From a virus (Duplodnaviria > Caudoviricetes), in the IMG/VR virus record IMGVR_UViG_3300020042_007950, positions 18,324 to 82,323 of that record: DNA of 64,000 bases; one strand, written 5' to 3'. Positions 29,901-38,928 of the stretch are shown here, in pieces (position 1 is the first letter of the stretch; each line of letters begins with the position of its first letter). The translations under genes and the position numbers were made by a program. The notes under the pieces are model-generated. The model ran no database searches. It was given only the letters and a program-made list of their open reading frames with translations, and was not told the DNA's origin.

Positions 29901-31437
29901 TAAAGGAGCGGGCATAAACTTAGCTGCAACTCTTCCAATGAAAGCTTCTGAGATCTTAAACATCACAGGAAACAAAGCTGCTACTCAACAAGCTGGATTT
30001 AATTTCATCGAAGGAAGAGATATGGCTGAACAAGCAATCTTCCTACACAACTTTGAATTCTTTTCAAAAGCAGGTAAAAGTTTGATGACCATGTACAAAC
30101 GTATCACTCCAGACTCTATGGACGGTATGAATCGTATTGGTTCTATCCAAGGATATCAAGACAAGCAATCTGAGTTTGATGAAGAGTACGATACAGAGGA
30201 TGGAAAAGTAAACAAAGAAGTTTTATTCTTTGACACTATGCACCCTGGTCGTAATGTAGTAGACCAATATATTGGAGAAAATTCTATATACGGATTTGAA
30301 AGAGGTTATGAAAAGTTATTAAGAGATGGATTAGAACTTGCAGGTATGTATTTCCCAATTCGTACTTCAAATGCTTTCAATAACTTCAAAGAAAATTTAA
30401 AGAGAGCTAGTGGTAGAAATGATGTTAATGCAGAGATGCATCAGTTGATTGACTACAACTTAATGTTTATGATGTTGATGAGACCTGGATCCCCATTCTT
30501 TGCAAACACTACTTATGGAGATTTGTACGACAGTCCTTCTAACAACATTGGGGAAAGAATGTTAAAACTTAGAGCAAAGCACCCAGCTTTAGCTAGTGCA
30601 CCATTCATTGCTAATTTAGAGTTGGATGTTAATGCACAAGCTGGATACTACGGTGTTAAGTTTGATAACTCTGTAACTCCTACACGTTCAGCAAAAGAAG
30701 CTTACACAAACAATCTTCGTACAATGTTGTACAATCCTGTTGCATATGTGTCTGCTCCTCTTGAACAAAAGTTTTTAGGGCCTGATGGAAAATATAGCCC
30801 AGAGATTCAATCTCAAGTTAATGCAATCAAACGTTTAGGGAGAGACTTAGTTATGCACACGTTTATTACTAATGGTTTTAGACAAAGTGCTAACTCATAT
30901 TCTGATCTTGTTCCAGCTGAATTCTTTACTACTCCAATGGAAGTAGAGGGTTCTGATAAAAAAGTTACAATCTCAGAATTCATGTACAACGAAAGAGAAA
31001 AACTTGCAGATGGTAATTACTTTGATGCAAAAGATCTAGTTAGATACATGACTATGTTTGGTAAGATGAGAGCTGCAGGGCAAGGTATGCTATCAACTGT
31101 TCCTAGTGATGAACTCAAACCAGATATGGCAACAGTAATTACTAGCAAAGAAATCCACAAACCATTTGTTATAGTTCGTAATCAAGATGCTAAAACATCT
31201 GCAGTATACCAAAGAGTTCCAAATGATTCTAGAGAAGTATCTATGTACACAGCTCTAGCAGGATCGTTTGCAGCTAGAGGGGCCACAAAATTATATGGTA
31301 CTGGTATTTCATACGTACTTAAAAATGATGTCCCTACTAATTTAGTTACTTACTTAACTTCTGGAAGAAGTGCTGTATGGGAGGCTGGAGTGAATAACAT
31401 AGGAAATGAAGATGGAACTATGTCGTGCTTTATATAA
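23932..31437 (+). CDS. Virion-packaged DNA-dependent RNA polymerase (phi14:2 gp66-like) with an N-terminal zincin domain
   Basis: 2501 aa. GYRTP followed by LMGSDHDVDKL (DxDxD at 29098-29112); HEAYH at 24244-24258; middle of three giant genes as in crAss-like phages. Confidence 0.85.
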   Translation: MAFCPNINSKEYKDLAAVQGDAIAHKLWDKFRGTVPGFYYGNKIKGSAIDTLLSPDQKKAWLTSRGIEANLFETIEKIGSEEVHGYVENAVVNMWTNSDIGTEFHEAYHLTFRTMLSESQREQLYAEAVARFGEPTAGEIRYIKRTFPEISDEEARKAALEEKMADDFKDYVLTEGYTEKSLPAKIAKFFRDLWNFFKGLVTNNLSLRQAYSLIESGKMNSSILGRGVFRNPEKFKGPKKAYMYRPEMGDAMFKASLDTIYTIFMDTKKDLGRKFSAQVQLGVNGKNGAIVDQFQMQMYKKVDGTQITAGEANRLFEAEMAMDAATPETLDDAEANMWNVLEEVGAEFTMEENITLRNVFKNVASTWNDVYDPATGNSIQTGWRTFLEIKLREAGIKITNKTTETPEGEIVEEEDRDDSFDIDANNELDPADLDALQEEMKLIDEGTMKIYSMTTLQESPSKRLTGKVKELLSTIRNIEPNLLGVRSYMNREDVYQEMLRVFTGKQTFESMHAAIKKAAELKPVLQPIAKFMSELDDRDCAMLYTAFALVNTEFIMIKDRIEGNKKFADVINPNRKDVVAGTIDRWKIQLIRDDNENPRALYQRKPVIGPDGKPTINSDGSPVTYLEADKTKILAAAAIVKDLEKGLNKADARTFIVQTSDGSINETVEKVAELMWALGMHIGTDSSNIAETKWALQSLINIGVGVKSPNGLVRNYNGTGLLKLLATDLTKVLKLSAKFTPSRQSTVEQLETITPTADYISLNKALITGIVKYFTPMLNTIGESFVNSKGKAMYPSNLASNMNDIVNTLSDGSAESVELYKEYMSDPFINGGNNTKFASVLFRYLKTPGFLKDFKVVDFDAAKSGEKVDDAMSYEDFSKLDNLVVRINAFINNDPRSETCFIAVPVQSDRNKYSFIEVPRVLVNPYGIDNSEADLIKAQIVQDLLRVAAAKEVVHTAITTGNYSTLLEGVHTAPGNPTKDGIVKDRKYLGTAFNSDFFQFTAKDQDGAAIVTDEVLKDDNPRYNGVEQLSDKINDYVKGELTPAETADIDARLTKMVNKMSDYFTRQAQAATTALKDGGKIGSIGAGSLNFSQEKGALETTMRGFIITEALMRNEIVKMFRGSRANHKNLENFYKRMGHLTTPGTRLALQGELSNKRTFIQGEPYGMIREFNEVTMRDLHLDLTPALTAQGHVACDNIARGLINNELSKLDPSVSNYKVTFEYNAKAEEKAPAVKVSGNNITINVANSKGRVSSAKINEEIAVLLPTAKRVFEKSLAIADAYRPGKFESTDAQAFISMEMHRYISMGEGKWGPEEEEAYKAYKKTGKFVYQPGFVPKGYKEGEAVPVTPHKPYYEDVHYDKENNMISTTSEKNSYTVLLKEYTKDFPHLEDIRQRMELEGQYAGQGLQPLHVLNHVSGKKVAKRGVYQHTGNIGELSNMVLNKNNSKKLRFPQNIGEMKPDPKVIISRQLKKNMIANVKDETIYDLNAGLGSQVSLTGSVMKRLYHAAIEEKLRRDTNAVEEELGIDKLREATALGDIDNLKKVKLEVLQKVRDILLKQIDESDLPSNYSDAIKISFDETGMPRFSIPLDLPIYNKKYESIIMSLVNNKVFNQKAKGYDAVQIAQIGGHRVDNALNFTQISEDGRRVIHAEIMIREDIAREFGIEPGQSLDDVPEELRRIIGYRTPNSDKSATIILKIAKFLPANYQKGIVVPGQLIKLMGSDHDVDKLTLLFPEVKKVEPTEEYPYKIQKVLPNYNMLANNVGALSNEALVTPEMLNNIIFDTVEAVYSNPAHFNEVFAPLDDTTLPNQAAEIRKVKPELGMASDWNAWDTESNTIVRSIKGNKLRGIYANMLSGRNVASHGNVSINKSHAIKIIDDAGNLTEYINYVKEAQGIPTDRSASLFLSAAVDASNVPIHTELNDNMLTSRVRALFMAFYPEYSSKTCSYFLNQPIIRELIDVFETKHGGDLRKLTKSIDFIKTKYNLNTLIPKGAGINLAATLPMKASEILNITGNKAATQQAGFNFIEGRDMAEQAIFLHNFEFFSKAGKSLMTMYKRITPDSMDGMNRIGSIQGYQDKQSEFDEEYDTEDGKVNKEVLFFDTMHPGRNVVDQYIGENSIYGFERGYEKLLRDGLELAGMYFPIRTSNAFNNFKENLKRASGRNDVNAEMHQLIDYNLMFMMLMRPGSPFFANTTYGDLYDSPSNNIGERMLKLRAKHPALASAPFIANLELDVNAQAGYYGVKFDNSVTPTRSAKEAYTNNLRTMLYNPVAYVSAPLEQKFLGPDGKYSPEIQSQVNAIKRLGRDLVMHTFITNGFRQSANSYSDLVPAEFFTTPMEVEGSDKKVTISEFMYNEREKLADGNYFDAKDLVRYMTMFGKMRAAGQGMLSTVPSDELKPDMATVITSKEIHKPFVIVRNQDAKTSAVYQRVPNDSREVSMYTALAGSFAARGATKLYGTGISYVLKNDVPTNLVTYLTSGRSAVWEAGVNNIGNEDGTMSCFI

Positions 31438-31443
31438 TCTGAT

Positions 31444-31451
31444 TATCTTTG
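31444..31451 (+). promoter_or_regulatory. Bacteroidota -7 promoter element (TATCTTTG)
   Basis: TAnnTTTG 4 nt before ATG 31456. Confidence 0.55.
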
Positions 31452-31455
31452 TATT

Positions 31456-34400
31456 ATGCCTTGTACATATTTAAGAATAGACGAAAACGGACAGATCAGA
31501 CAATCTCCTGTCCACACTAGAGTAATCAACATGATTGACAACAAGCTTGCTTCGGTAGGTTTTGTTACTGCTTCAGACTTATTACGAGAATTAGCAGATG
31601 CTGATGTAATGGGATTATTCAACCCTATTCTTAAAACTGGATTTGACTTATCACCTATTGAAGATGTTATGCAATTAAATGCAATTCTTCAATTCAACTA
31701 CGGAGCTCCGGCCCCAGTGATATCTCTTACCCCAGTACACCGTGAAGGTAGAAATAACAATGTAGAAATAGTTGTAAGATTTAACGAAGATCATCTTAGT
31801 GCTATCCAGCCGAACATTGCCCCAGTATTTGAAAATGAGCAGATATCTTATGAGTATGCTTTAGAGCAACCTATAAGAAGTAACGGTTATATCAATCCTA
31901 TCATTCCACTTACAGGTGACCCACGTCCTGCTAGAATTGCTAATCCTAGAGCAGCTATGCCGGTACCATCTCAGGTAACTTCACAATTTAAACATCAGTT
32001 TAATCCTAATCTTCTTGATGCAGCTATCTCTGAATCAAAAGTTACTCGTGAAAGTGTACAGAGTATCATGGCCAGATTTGAGCAAGACTCTAAAGATAGC
32101 AGAATTGATATTGGGGGAATGCAAAATGTTGAGATTGAAACTATATCTCAAGGTATTAACAGAATGAGAATTGCTTTTGAAAGAGCTGGCATTCCTGTTG
32201 AAATTATCATTGATCCTGAATTGGATGCAAAAGGTAGAGTAGACTCTGTACCTGGTAAAAAACCAATAATCCGTCTTAACCCTGCAAGAGTAACAGAGGA
32301 TACAGCTATTCACGAATTTGGTCACATATTATTAGACTTGCTTGGGGAAGACAATCCTACTGTAAAAAGAGCAATTGAAGAACTTCGTAATACAAACCTG
32401 TACAAAGAAGTACAGAAAGCCTATCCAGAATTAAGTGGAAAGCAATTAGATAATGAGGTATTGACTACAGCTATTGGTATATCTGGAGCCAAGATTCAAC
32501 GAAAGAACCCTAACAAATTCCAAACAATTGTAAATAGAATCTTTCGTGCATTATCAAAACTATTTGGTGTAGAGGCAAATCCATCTGCAGTCGAAGAGCT
32601 TGCTCAAATCCTTATGAAAGATAAGATTGATAGCAGACTATTTAAAAACATGTCAGTAGGATTTCTTGCAGCAGACAGTAAAGCTTTGGATAATGAAAAG
32701 AAAAAAAGATTTGATGAAGTATTAACACAATCTAAAATAGCTTTAGAAGAAGCTATGATTAATCTTCAACGTCAGGGAGAGAATGCAAGTGAGAAAGAAA
32801 TTGAAAAAATAAAAAATATTCAAGCCAAACTAGAATTAGCTAAAGAGCTTGAGGATTTAGGAGAATTTATTGAATATGCAGTTTCTCTTGTAGACAACAC
32901 TAAGACATTAATAGAGCAAGTTAATCAAGAATATAGTACTAGTTTATCAACAGACCAACGTTTAAAACTTATCCACCAACTGCACTCTGCAGGTCAAAAC
33001 CTATCTGATTTCTTTGGGGCCAAAGAGGCTAAAGATAGTATGATGGGAAGTATTCGTGAGCTTGTACGTTATAAGATTGAAAGAAAAGGTCTTACTAAAG
33101 AACAGTTATTAAACGACCCGGCTTATAAAAACTTATCATCTTTAGAGCAAAGTATTGTAAGTGCTGTCGATGTGATGAAAGGGATGTCAGAAAAGTATTT
33201 AGAAACAGGTATCCCTATGATGGTTGACTTGTTGTTAGAATACAATACTCCTGAAATTAATGATCAAATTGATTCTGCTGTTGCTAACATTGAAAAAAAT
33301 AACCGTTTAGTTGCTATTGAACGTACTGAAGAATACTACAATATTCTTAAGCAACAAAAAGAAGGTACAATTACTAAAGAAGAAACTCATGAAATGCTAA
33401 AAGCATTAAATATTGAGCAGCTTAAAAATAAAAAAATTACTCGTGCAACTTTAATTAGAGAATTCAGAGAGGGGCAGGCAGATAAATCTGCATTCAGTTA
33501 CTTGATGGATCCTATCATCTACTCATCTAAAGTTGGTTTGCAGATGTTTGCAACGATGTTAAAGGATAAGATGTATCAAGCTAATGATGACACACAAGCA
33601 GACATTTACAGAGTAGCAGCTCTTTACAAGGCCTATGAAGAATCTGTAGGGGGAAGTGTAAATCCTAACACATTTAACGAAGCCTTATTAGAAACACAGG
33701 AATATAGAATCTATAATCCTGAGACTGGTAAAAGAGAGACAATGAAGTTGCTATCTTTTGTACAGCCTTATGACGTAAAAAGATTTAAGAAAGATGAGTC
33801 TGATATGTACGACATGCTTGCTGCAAAGTATGCTAAGCCAGAAAAATCAGACGAGGATGCATTAAAAGCTTGGAAAAAATCTCCAGCTAAAGCAGCATAT
33901 TATACAGAGGTAGCAGCATGGTATGCAGCTAACACAACACCAAGTCCAGATTCTCAAGCACGTCTTGAAAAATTGTTGCTTGACAAAGATGCATACTACA
34001 ATCTTATGCTTCAAGAGTCAAGTGGAATTGATGCTGACGGTAATCCAAAGACACCGGACCCAGAGTTGATGGCTAAGTACAAGTATGACTTTGATACTGT
34101 AGAGTCTATGATTAATAAAATCTACGACACTAACAGAAATGTATTTAAATATAATGCTGTGCAACCAAATGCTAAATATGCAAACCCAAAGTATGCACAA
34201 CTTCAATCAAACCCTGCAGCATTTGCTTATTACAATGGCTTGCTTGACCTTTACAAAGAAAAACAAAAGATCTTAGGACAGGCTAGTCAACAACCAAAAA
34301 ACTCTTGGGATAACTTTAGTTACATTGCCCCAAGTATTCGTGCAGAAGGTTTAGAAAAAGTACAAAGAGAAGGAGCATGGTCAGCAACTAAAGATGCTAC

Positions 34401-36192
34401 TAAAGAAGCATTCCAATTTCTATCTACAGATACAAGCTACGGAGATGCAATCAATGCAAACAGAGAGTCTACTAAAAAAGTGGTACCTGTTTACTACGTA
34501 AATCCTCTTGAAGAAAAATTAGTTAGCCGTGACTTGGCTAGTACAATCATACAGTTCTCTGGTATGACTAACATCTTCAAAAGAAAAGCACAGATTAATG
34601 GAGCTGTTGTATTGATGAGAGATGCAATAGAAAATCGTAAGACTTACGAAACAACTTCTGCTGGTCACCCTATCTACCATGCATTTGGTAAGAAGCTTAA
34701 ATTTACTAAACACGTTCTTAAAGAAGGTCCTAGTAATGACTTCAAACATTTGACTGAGTGGATTGATACTATATTCTATGGGGAGAAAGACCTCAAGACC
34801 AATCTCGATATCTTTGGAAGGGAATTTTCAGCTAACAAAATAGCTAATAAACTTGCAAGCTTTACAGCTTTGAACAACCTTTCATTCAATGCTCTTCAAG
34901 CTACGAACCAGTTCTTAATTGATAACGTTCGTATGATAGAAGAAGGGGTTGCAAATCAATTCTTCACTAAAACAAATTTAGCTTGGGCTAAGAAGACATA
35001 CTACTCTATTGCTAATGGAGGACTATCATCACTTAAAGACTTTGATGCATTTGCCCCACAGTCTAAACTTGTACAAGCTATTCAACAGTTTGATGCTCTT
35101 GGGGAAGCCTTAGATGTTGCTAACAAAAAGAAATCAGGGCCGTTTGCACTAAAAGCTGTTAACGATGTACCAATGATTCTTCAAAAAGTAGCTGAACATG
35201 AGACAGGTGTTACTCGTATGTTTGCTTTGATGGATTCATACAGAGGTAAACTCCTTGATGAAAATGGACAAGTGCTTAAGAATGCAGAAGGTCAAGATGC
35301 AAATCTTTGGGATGTATTTGTCTTAGATGAGAAGACCGGCCGATATTCTGTGGACCCTAAGGTTCGTGTGATGAAAAAAGTAAATGAGATTGATGAAGAT
35401 GGTAATGATATCACAGTAGAAGTACTTGGAGAATTCAATAGAATGCAGTTCATGGGAAAGATCTCTGGATTGACTAAGAAAACTAACCAGGTTAAAACTA
35501 AGTTTGATGATGCTATGCTTCAACGTAGATCATTTGGTAAATTGATCATGCTATTCCGTCGTTACTTTGTACCATCTCTTCGTAGAAACTTTGGACACAA
35601 CGGACTTCGTGGGGGTATCCACCGTGACTTAGAACTTGGAACTATTTCAGAAGGTATGCTTACTACTATGAAACGTTTCATTGGAGACACATACAGAAAA
35701 GGAGGAAACTTTGTAAGTGTGTACAAAATGATGGAGGACTTTGAGAAAGAAAACGTAAAACGTGTAAGTGTTCAAATGGCCTTCTTTACATTATGTTTGT
35801 TAATCTTATCAGCTTTAGGGGGAGATGACGAGGATGAAAGTTACGGAGAACAATTCTTAATGTATCAAGCTCTTCGTATGAATTCTGAGTTAACTCAGTT
35901 TATAAACCCAGAAGAATTCTTAAAGCTTGCAGTAAGTCCTACAGCAACTGTTCGACCACTACAAAGATTCTTAGATGTTGTTCACCAAACATTCTCTACA
36001 GCTGTAGGAACTGTAACTGGAAACGATGAAGATTCTTATTACCAACGTCGTTCAGGAATACACGAAAAAGGAGACAGCAAGTTACAAGCAAAAATTGCAA
36101 AGCTTATCCCAATATGGGGAGGAATTGAAAAGTCTTCTGACCCAGGAGCCGCAGCTAAGTGGTTCGATCTTGGAGCAGGAAGCAATAAATAA
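31456..36192 (+). CDS. Large virion cargo protein (third RNAP-cluster protein) with a zincin motif
   Basis: 1578 aa; IHEFGH at 32311-32325; long helical C-terminal region. Confidence 0.7.
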   Translation: MPCTYLRIDENGQIRQSPVHTRVINMIDNKLASVGFVTASDLLRELADADVMGLFNPILKTGFDLSPIEDVMQLNAILQFNYGAPAPVISLTPVHREGRNNNVEIVVRFNEDHLSAIQPNIAPVFENEQISYEYALEQPIRSNGYINPIIPLTGDPRPARIANPRAAMPVPSQVTSQFKHQFNPNLLDAAISESKVTRESVQSIMARFEQDSKDSRIDIGGMQNVEIETISQGINRMRIAFERAGIPVEIIIDPELDAKGRVDSVPGKKPIIRLNPARVTEDTAIHEFGHILLDLLGEDNPTVKRAIEELRNTNLYKEVQKAYPELSGKQLDNEVLTTAIGISGAKIQRKNPNKFQTIVNRIFRALSKLFGVEANPSAVEELAQILMKDKIDSRLFKNMSVGFLAADSKALDNEKKKRFDEVLTQSKIALEEAMINLQRQGENASEKEIEKIKNIQAKLELAKELEDLGEFIEYAVSLVDNTKTLIEQVNQEYSTSLSTDQRLKLIHQLHSAGQNLSDFFGAKEAKDSMMGSIRELVRYKIERKGLTKEQLLNDPAYKNLSSLEQSIVSAVDVMKGMSEKYLETGIPMMVDLLLEYNTPEINDQIDSAVANIEKNNRLVAIERTEEYYNILKQQKEGTITKEETHEMLKALNIEQLKNKKITRATLIREFREGQADKSAFSYLMDPIIYSSKVGLQMFATMLKDKMYQANDDTQADIYRVAALYKAYEESVGGSVNPNTFNEALLETQEYRIYNPETGKRETMKLLSFVQPYDVKRFKKDESDMYDMLAAKYAKPEKSDEDALKAWKKSPAKAAYYTEVAAWYAANTTPSPDSQARLEKLLLDKDAYYNLMLQESSGIDADGNPKTPDPELMAKYKYDFDTVESMINKIYDTNRNVFKYNAVQPNAKYANPKYAQLQSNPAAFAYYNGLLDLYKEKQKILGQASQQPKNSWDNFSYIAPSIRAEGLEKVQREGAWSATKDATKEAFQFLSTDTSYGDAINANRESTKKVVPVYYVNPLEEKLVSRDLASTIIQFSGMTNIFKRKAQINGAVVLMRDAIENRKTYETTSAGHPIYHAFGKKLKFTKHVLKEGPSNDFKHLTEWIDTIFYGEKDLKTNLDIFGREFSANKIANKLASFTALNNLSFNALQATNQFLIDNVRMIEEGVANQFFTKTNLAWAKKTYYSIANGGLSSLKDFDAFAPQSKLVQAIQQFDALGEALDVANKKKSGPFALKAVNDVPMILQKVAEHETGVTRMFALMDSYRGKLLDENGQVLKNAEGQDANLWDVFVLDEKTGRYSVDPKVRVMKKVNEIDEDGNDITVEVLGEFNRMQFMGKISGLTKKTNQVKTKFDDAMLQRRSFGKLIMLFRRYFVPSLRRNFGHNGLRGGIHRDLELGTISEGMLTTMKRFIGDTYRKGGNFVSVYKMMEDFEKENVKRVSVQMAFFTLCLLILSALGGDDEDESYGEQFLMYQALRMNSELTQFINPEEFLKLAVSPTATVRPLQRFLDVVHQTFSTAVGTVTGNDEDSYYQRRSGIHEKGDSKLQAKIAKLIPIWGGIEKSSDPGAAAKWFDLGAGSNK

Positions 36193-36199
36193 TGGCATT

Positions 36200-36230
36200 A
36201 AAAAAGGGGCTACTGCCCCTTTTCTTTTTT
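36200..36230. terminator. Bidirectional intrinsic terminator
   Basis: AAAAAAGGGGC-TACT-GCCCCTTTTCTTTTTT, between the converging + and - gene blocks. Confidence 0.85.
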
Positions 36231-36615
36231 AATACCCTGTCATAGTACCGTTAGTGTATCGAACCTTGTCGGTACCATTTGGTTTCATCAATGGTAACCC
36301 TAACTGATCTACTCCGTCAAACTTTTCATATACTGTTTTATAAGCAGCATTTTTCTTATTCAATTGAACTTTCAAAAGAACTAAGTACCCAATCAGATCC
36401 ATAAGAGTATCTTCAGTATCATTAGATGAAACTCCTATATTCTTAATACGAGATAACTTGTCATCAATACGTACAAGTAATCCATCTAAAGAATCATTCT
36501 TTGAAAAGATTCTTACAGGCTCAAGTGCTGAGTCCCCGTAAGCTTTGTTCTTTAAAAGTAAAAGTGATTTAATTTGATTGCAGACATTGGCAATCTGCTG
36601 TTCAGTATCGTTCAT
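36229..36615 (-). CDS. Nucleotide modification-associated domain 1 (Nmad1/DUF1599) protein
   Basis: KNKAYGDS...LLVRIDDKLSRI...EDTLMDLIGY is characteristic of this family. Confidence 0.75.
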   Translation of the reverse strand: MNDTEQQIANVCNQIKSLLLLKNKAYGDSALEPVRIFSKNDSLDGLLVRIDDKLSRIKNIGVSSNDTEDTLMDLIGYLVLLKVQLNKKNAAYKTVYEKFDGVDQLGLPLMKPNGTDKVRYTNGTMTGY

Positions 36616-37367
36616 AATAAATTAAATTGAGATTCTAATTCATCCTCTTTCTTTTGTGGTAATGTAAACCAGTTAATTGGCTCTGCAATTACTTCATTAA
36701 CTTTAATGAAATGGTTACAGCCAATAAATCTAGCATTACCTCCGTATACCTCAGCAGCCGGATGTGACGCTGCAAAGATGATATGTGATTTATCCTTTAA
36801 GTTATTCACCTCTTTAACTATTCCTCCAAAGGCATGTTGTGCAAACTTACCCCAAAGTAGAAAGATAACTCCGTCTAGATTCTCACATATTGCTTTAACC
36901 ATTTCCTTGGTGTACCAGCCCCACACTTGTTCGTGTGAATTTGGTTTACCCTTAGTAACAGTTAGAGTAGTGTTTAGTAGCAATGTCCCTTGCTTGGCCA
37001 GGTGCGACAATGAATAATCGAACTCAGTTGTTTTTGCATCTGATTCATCTATGCCATGGGATCTACAGATTTCTTTCTGTATCACTCGTAGACTAGGATT
37101 AATTTTCATTCCCTCTTTGACTCCAAAGCAAAGGCCGGTAGCAGCTCCATTGTGATATGGATCCTGCCCTATGATGACAACTCGTAGGTCTTTCATTTGA
37201 CATAACTCGAATGCTCTAAATACTTCTGGTGCAGAAGGATAAACAGTATAGTTAGTTCTATGATATTGAACAAAATCTACGAGCTGCCTGTAAAGACCGG
37301 GGTGGCTTTCTACTATCGATTGATGAATAGGTCCCCAATCCCCGATCTGTTCAAGCAGTTTACTCAT
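36612..37367 (-). CDS. ung: Uracil-DNA glycosylase, family 1
   Basis: VVIIGQDPYH, LLLNTTLTV, FLLWG and SHPAA motifs. Confidence 0.92.
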   Translation of the reverse strand: MSKLLEQIGDWGPIHQSIVESHPGLYRQLVDFVQYHRTNYTVYPSAPEVFRAFELCQMKDLRVVIIGQDPYHNGAATGLCFGVKEGMKINPSLRVIQKEICRSHGIDESDAKTTEFDYSLSHLAKQGTLLLNTTLTVTKGKPNSHEQVWGWYTKEMVKAICENLDGVIFLLWGKFAQHAFGGIVKEVNNLKDKSHIIFAASHPAAEVYGGNARFIGCNHFIKVNEVIAEPINWFTLPQKKEDELESQFNLL

Positions 37368-38167
37368 TTTAAGAATTTAGTGTTTTCGTATTTTAATTTA
37401 CCTGTATAGTATAGTTCTGGATCAAATGTTTCTTCGTTTAATTTTGGTGGGGAATGTAATTCATTCCCTTCTGGTATCGTTACGTCTAATTGTTCCTCAA
37501 GCTCTGCCTTTAACGACGGAGACTTGAATAGGATTTTAGCTGTTGACCCATCCATATTAAATCCATGATAATCCAAAATCTTAAGTTTGATAATATCATC
37601 TATCTCTGAATACCGACCGTTAATAAAATGTTCATAAGCTCCTTGAGCATGCTCAGGGACACCAAATACAAACAAAACATGGTACGGGTCAGTATCAATC
37701 TTATACTTAAAAGTCCCAAACTTTTCAAGAGCATGTTCAAATTTTGTGAACGTAGCATCTCCTGAAAATCTATAAAGTAATGCAATCACATTTCCCTCGT
37801 TCGGTATAGCAAAGAATGCATTTACTAATAGATTATTCCAGTAGAATAACTCTCTCTTTCCTCCAAGCATTGGGCATAAAAAGATTGTAGACTTTGTTGC
37901 TTTTGCAACTGATAGATCATATCCAGCTAAAAGATTTACAGCATTATAAAGTGGAGTGATGATGTTTACTTTGTAGGGATTCTTTGTACGGCCTCTAACA
38001 ATAGAGCCGATATCATGTTTTAATTTCCCACTTACCAAAGCAGTTACCGTCTTTCCATCTTCATCATAAACTCTAGAATAGTCTGCAACACTCCCTGTCA
38101 TACGAATGGTTCGTCCATTCACGGGGGCAAAGATTATCTTACCATCCGTCACTATCTGTTGGCTCAT
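37364..38167 (-). CDS. Conserved crAss-like hypothetical protein
   Basis: About 267 aa, overlapping both neighbours; start taken at ATG 38167. Confidence 0.6.
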   Translation of the reverse strand: MSQQIVTDGKIIFAPVNGRTIRMTGSVADYSRVYDEDGKTVTALVSGKLKHDIGSIVRGRTKNPYKVNIITPLYNAVNLLAGYDLSVAKATKSTIFLCPMLGGKRELFYWNNLLVNAFFAIPNEGNVIALLYRFSGDATFTKFEHALEKFGTFKYKIDTDPYHVLFVFGVPEHAQGAYEHFINGRYSEIDDIIKLKILDYHGFNMDGSTAKILFKSPSLKAELEEQLDVTIPEGNELHSPPKLNEETFDPELYYTGKLKYENTKFLK

Positions 38168-38918
38168 AAGCAATATAAGTAAAAGGTTTTAAGGGTTCTA
38201 AGTTATTTTGAAGCTCTCTGAGAATATCCTCAGGGCTTTGAAGTAAATATACAAGTTTAAAGTTAGTATAGAACTGCATGATGCCTTCTGTACTCCCAAA
38301 TTTCTCAATATACTTCTTCAAAACAAATGCTTCAACATCGTTAGTTCTCCCCATCAACCAATTCTCAGCTGTCTTAATCCCAACTCCTGGTATGCCTGCA
38401 ATATTATCTGTACTGTCTCCCATCAACACTTGCTTCCACAAGAATTCTTCTGCATCATCTGGTGATGTGTGCAGGAATTCAGAAGTACGATAATTAAAAT
38501 GCATACCTGGGCACTGATAAAGAACATCCTTATCAGGTGAACAGATAATAGTTTTACGTGGCTCGTTCTTAGCATAATAACTGACCAAGTCATCTGCTTC
38601 TAGTCCTTCAACTCCGTAGAATCCCCATTTTTGTTTAAGGTATTCTCTGAGTGAAGGAAAGATAACAGGTTTAAGTCTATGTTTCCGATTAGCTTTATAG
38701 TCTGCACTAACTTTGTAACGAAAACAGTTATGATCTGTAAGAAATCCAACATATGTAGGGGTTTTGCATTGTTCAAGAATAGACAAGATCCTGGAGTCTA
38801 GCCCTTGTAAGGCTTCCTCCAGGGTTGGTTTGTCCATCTCATAATAAATTAAGCTATCTCCATCAATTAGACATATCGGTTCCACTGGTCCTACACTCTG
38901 GTCTAACATCTCTTCCAT
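38139..38918 (-). CDS. 5'-3' exonuclease / flap endonuclease (T5 D15/T7 gp6/RNase H-like)
   Basis: LIDGDS, EADD, DKD and GDSTDNIAGIPGVGIKTA (helix-3-turn-helix) motifs. Confidence 0.9.
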   Translation of the reverse strand: MEEMLDQSVGPVEPICLIDGDSLIYYEMDKPTLEEALQGLDSRILSILEQCKTPTYVGFLTDHNCFRYKVSADYKANRKHRLKPVIFPSLREYLKQKWGFYGVEGLEADDLVSYYAKNEPRKTIICSPDKDVLYQCPGMHFNYRTSEFLHTSPDDAEEFLWKQVLMGDSTDNIAGIPGVGIKTAENWLMGRTNDVEAFVLKKYIEKFGSTEGIMQFYTNFKLVYLLQSPEDILRELQNNLEPLKPFTYIAYEPTDSDGW

Positions 38919-38928
38919 CTAACTTAAT

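Noticed and set aside
476-35523. Many 60-130 aa - strand ORFs inside the long + strand genes (e.g. 476-757, 6637-7005, 23474-23827)
   Set aside because: They are antisense shadows of long genes with clear motifs, with no recognisable domains or start context.
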